A DNA stretch of 54,493 nucleotides from the IMG/VR virus record IMGVR_UViG_3300025528_000010, positions 1-54,493 of that record; one strand, written 5' to 3'. The position numbers were made by a program, and so were the translations under genes. The notes beneath the pieces were generated by a model. That model was given only the letters and a program-made list of their open reading frames with translations. It did not search any database and was not told where the DNA came from. The number at the start of each line of letters is the position of its first letter. Position 1 is the first letter of the stretch. Positions 53,943-54,493 of the stretch are shown here, one piece after another. This DNA is from a virus (Duplodnaviria > Caudoviricetes).

Positions 53943-54242
53943 ATGGTCCGCAACGAATTTGGTGGCTTCCTCTATCGCACCACGACCGAGATGCTAGACG
54001 CTATCGCCGAAGAGTGGCTTTCAGCTGGCGGTGCGAACGGCATAGACTTTCAGCGGACGGTTCTGGACGATAACACTGACGTGGAACTTGCTATCGAGAC
54101 AATCGACGGTTGGAGTCTCGATCGTCGCGGCGACTTCGGCGAGCCGTCGCACATGGAATGCAACGAATATTCGGCTTCTGACCTTGCCGCAGCCTTTGGC
54201 CGGCTGCGAGGGCGGTTCAAGGCGGCACAAAGAGGGCAGTAG
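53943..54242 (+). CDS. hypothetical acidic protein
   Basis: GAGGAGG RBS before ATG 53943; preceded by a GTGCGCCAC/GTGGCGCAC hairpin. Confidence 0.7.
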   Translation: MVRNEFGGFLYRTTTEMLDAIAEEWLSAGGANGIDFQRTVLDDNTDVELAIETIDGWSLDRRGDFGEPSHMECNEYSASDLAAAFGRLRGRFKAAQRGQ

Positions 54243-54493
54243 ACGCCGCGTGCGAGGCCCGAATTGAGGCCCTAGATTGCACCATGTCTTTGAAGAGACA
54301 TAAATGTTATGTCCAATGACGGTGAACATGAATGCGCATAGCGTATGCCATAGGACTCGCAATCAAGGCGATTGTTCTAATATGGAATGGAGGTGATATT
54401 AAGTTGATTGTCGTGTTTACTCTCGCATATCTTCTGACCAAAGACTTATTATAATTGCGCATCGTCTAGACTCTATCGTGTCTCGAGTCTGAC

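Noticed and set aside
54243-54493. AT-rich right end as host DNA or a prophage boundary
   Set aside because: attP is intact elsewhere and no att core or host gene is visible here; there is too little sequence to call

Overview
The window is most of the genome of a temperate, long-tailed dsDNA siphophage with Chi-like (Casjensviridae-type) gene order, probably infecting an alphaproteobacterium (it carries a GapR/DUF2312 homologue, and its attP core matches the 3' end of a tRNA-Leu). It appears to be the excised or circular form, because both attP (~39150-39410) and a lambda-like cos site (~50157-50197) are intact and internal. Layout: + strand accessory genes (ParB-like, DUF3310, GapR, DNA methyltransferase; 713-5887); one long - strand block running from replication genes (DUF2800, DUF2815 SSB, family-B polymerase, VRR-NUC, SNF2 helicase) through a repressor-attP-integrase-excisionase cassette, terminase, head, tail, three beta-propeller fibre proteins and lysis genes (46788 down to 5865); a divergent tandem-HTH gene and primase (46915-49815); an ACTAGT-repeat palindrome and cos; and small early genes including ArdA. 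The most unusual signals are: (1) a genome-wide set of 19-bp palindromes, TG(G/T)CACG-N5-CGTG(A/C)CA, usually stacked at exact 19-bp pitch, in about 14 intergenic gaps; (2) an acidic-aliphatic C-terminal tag (D-[IV]-[IV] or D-[IV]) shared by about 10 unrelated proteins; (3) a fibre module made of a 21-aa-repeat scaffold, a small subunit and propeller tips; (4) a promoter- and terminator-bounded sRNA; (5) 73-bp repeats that bound an early gene like a cassette. All family assignments come from recognising motifs by eye; no database searches were run.
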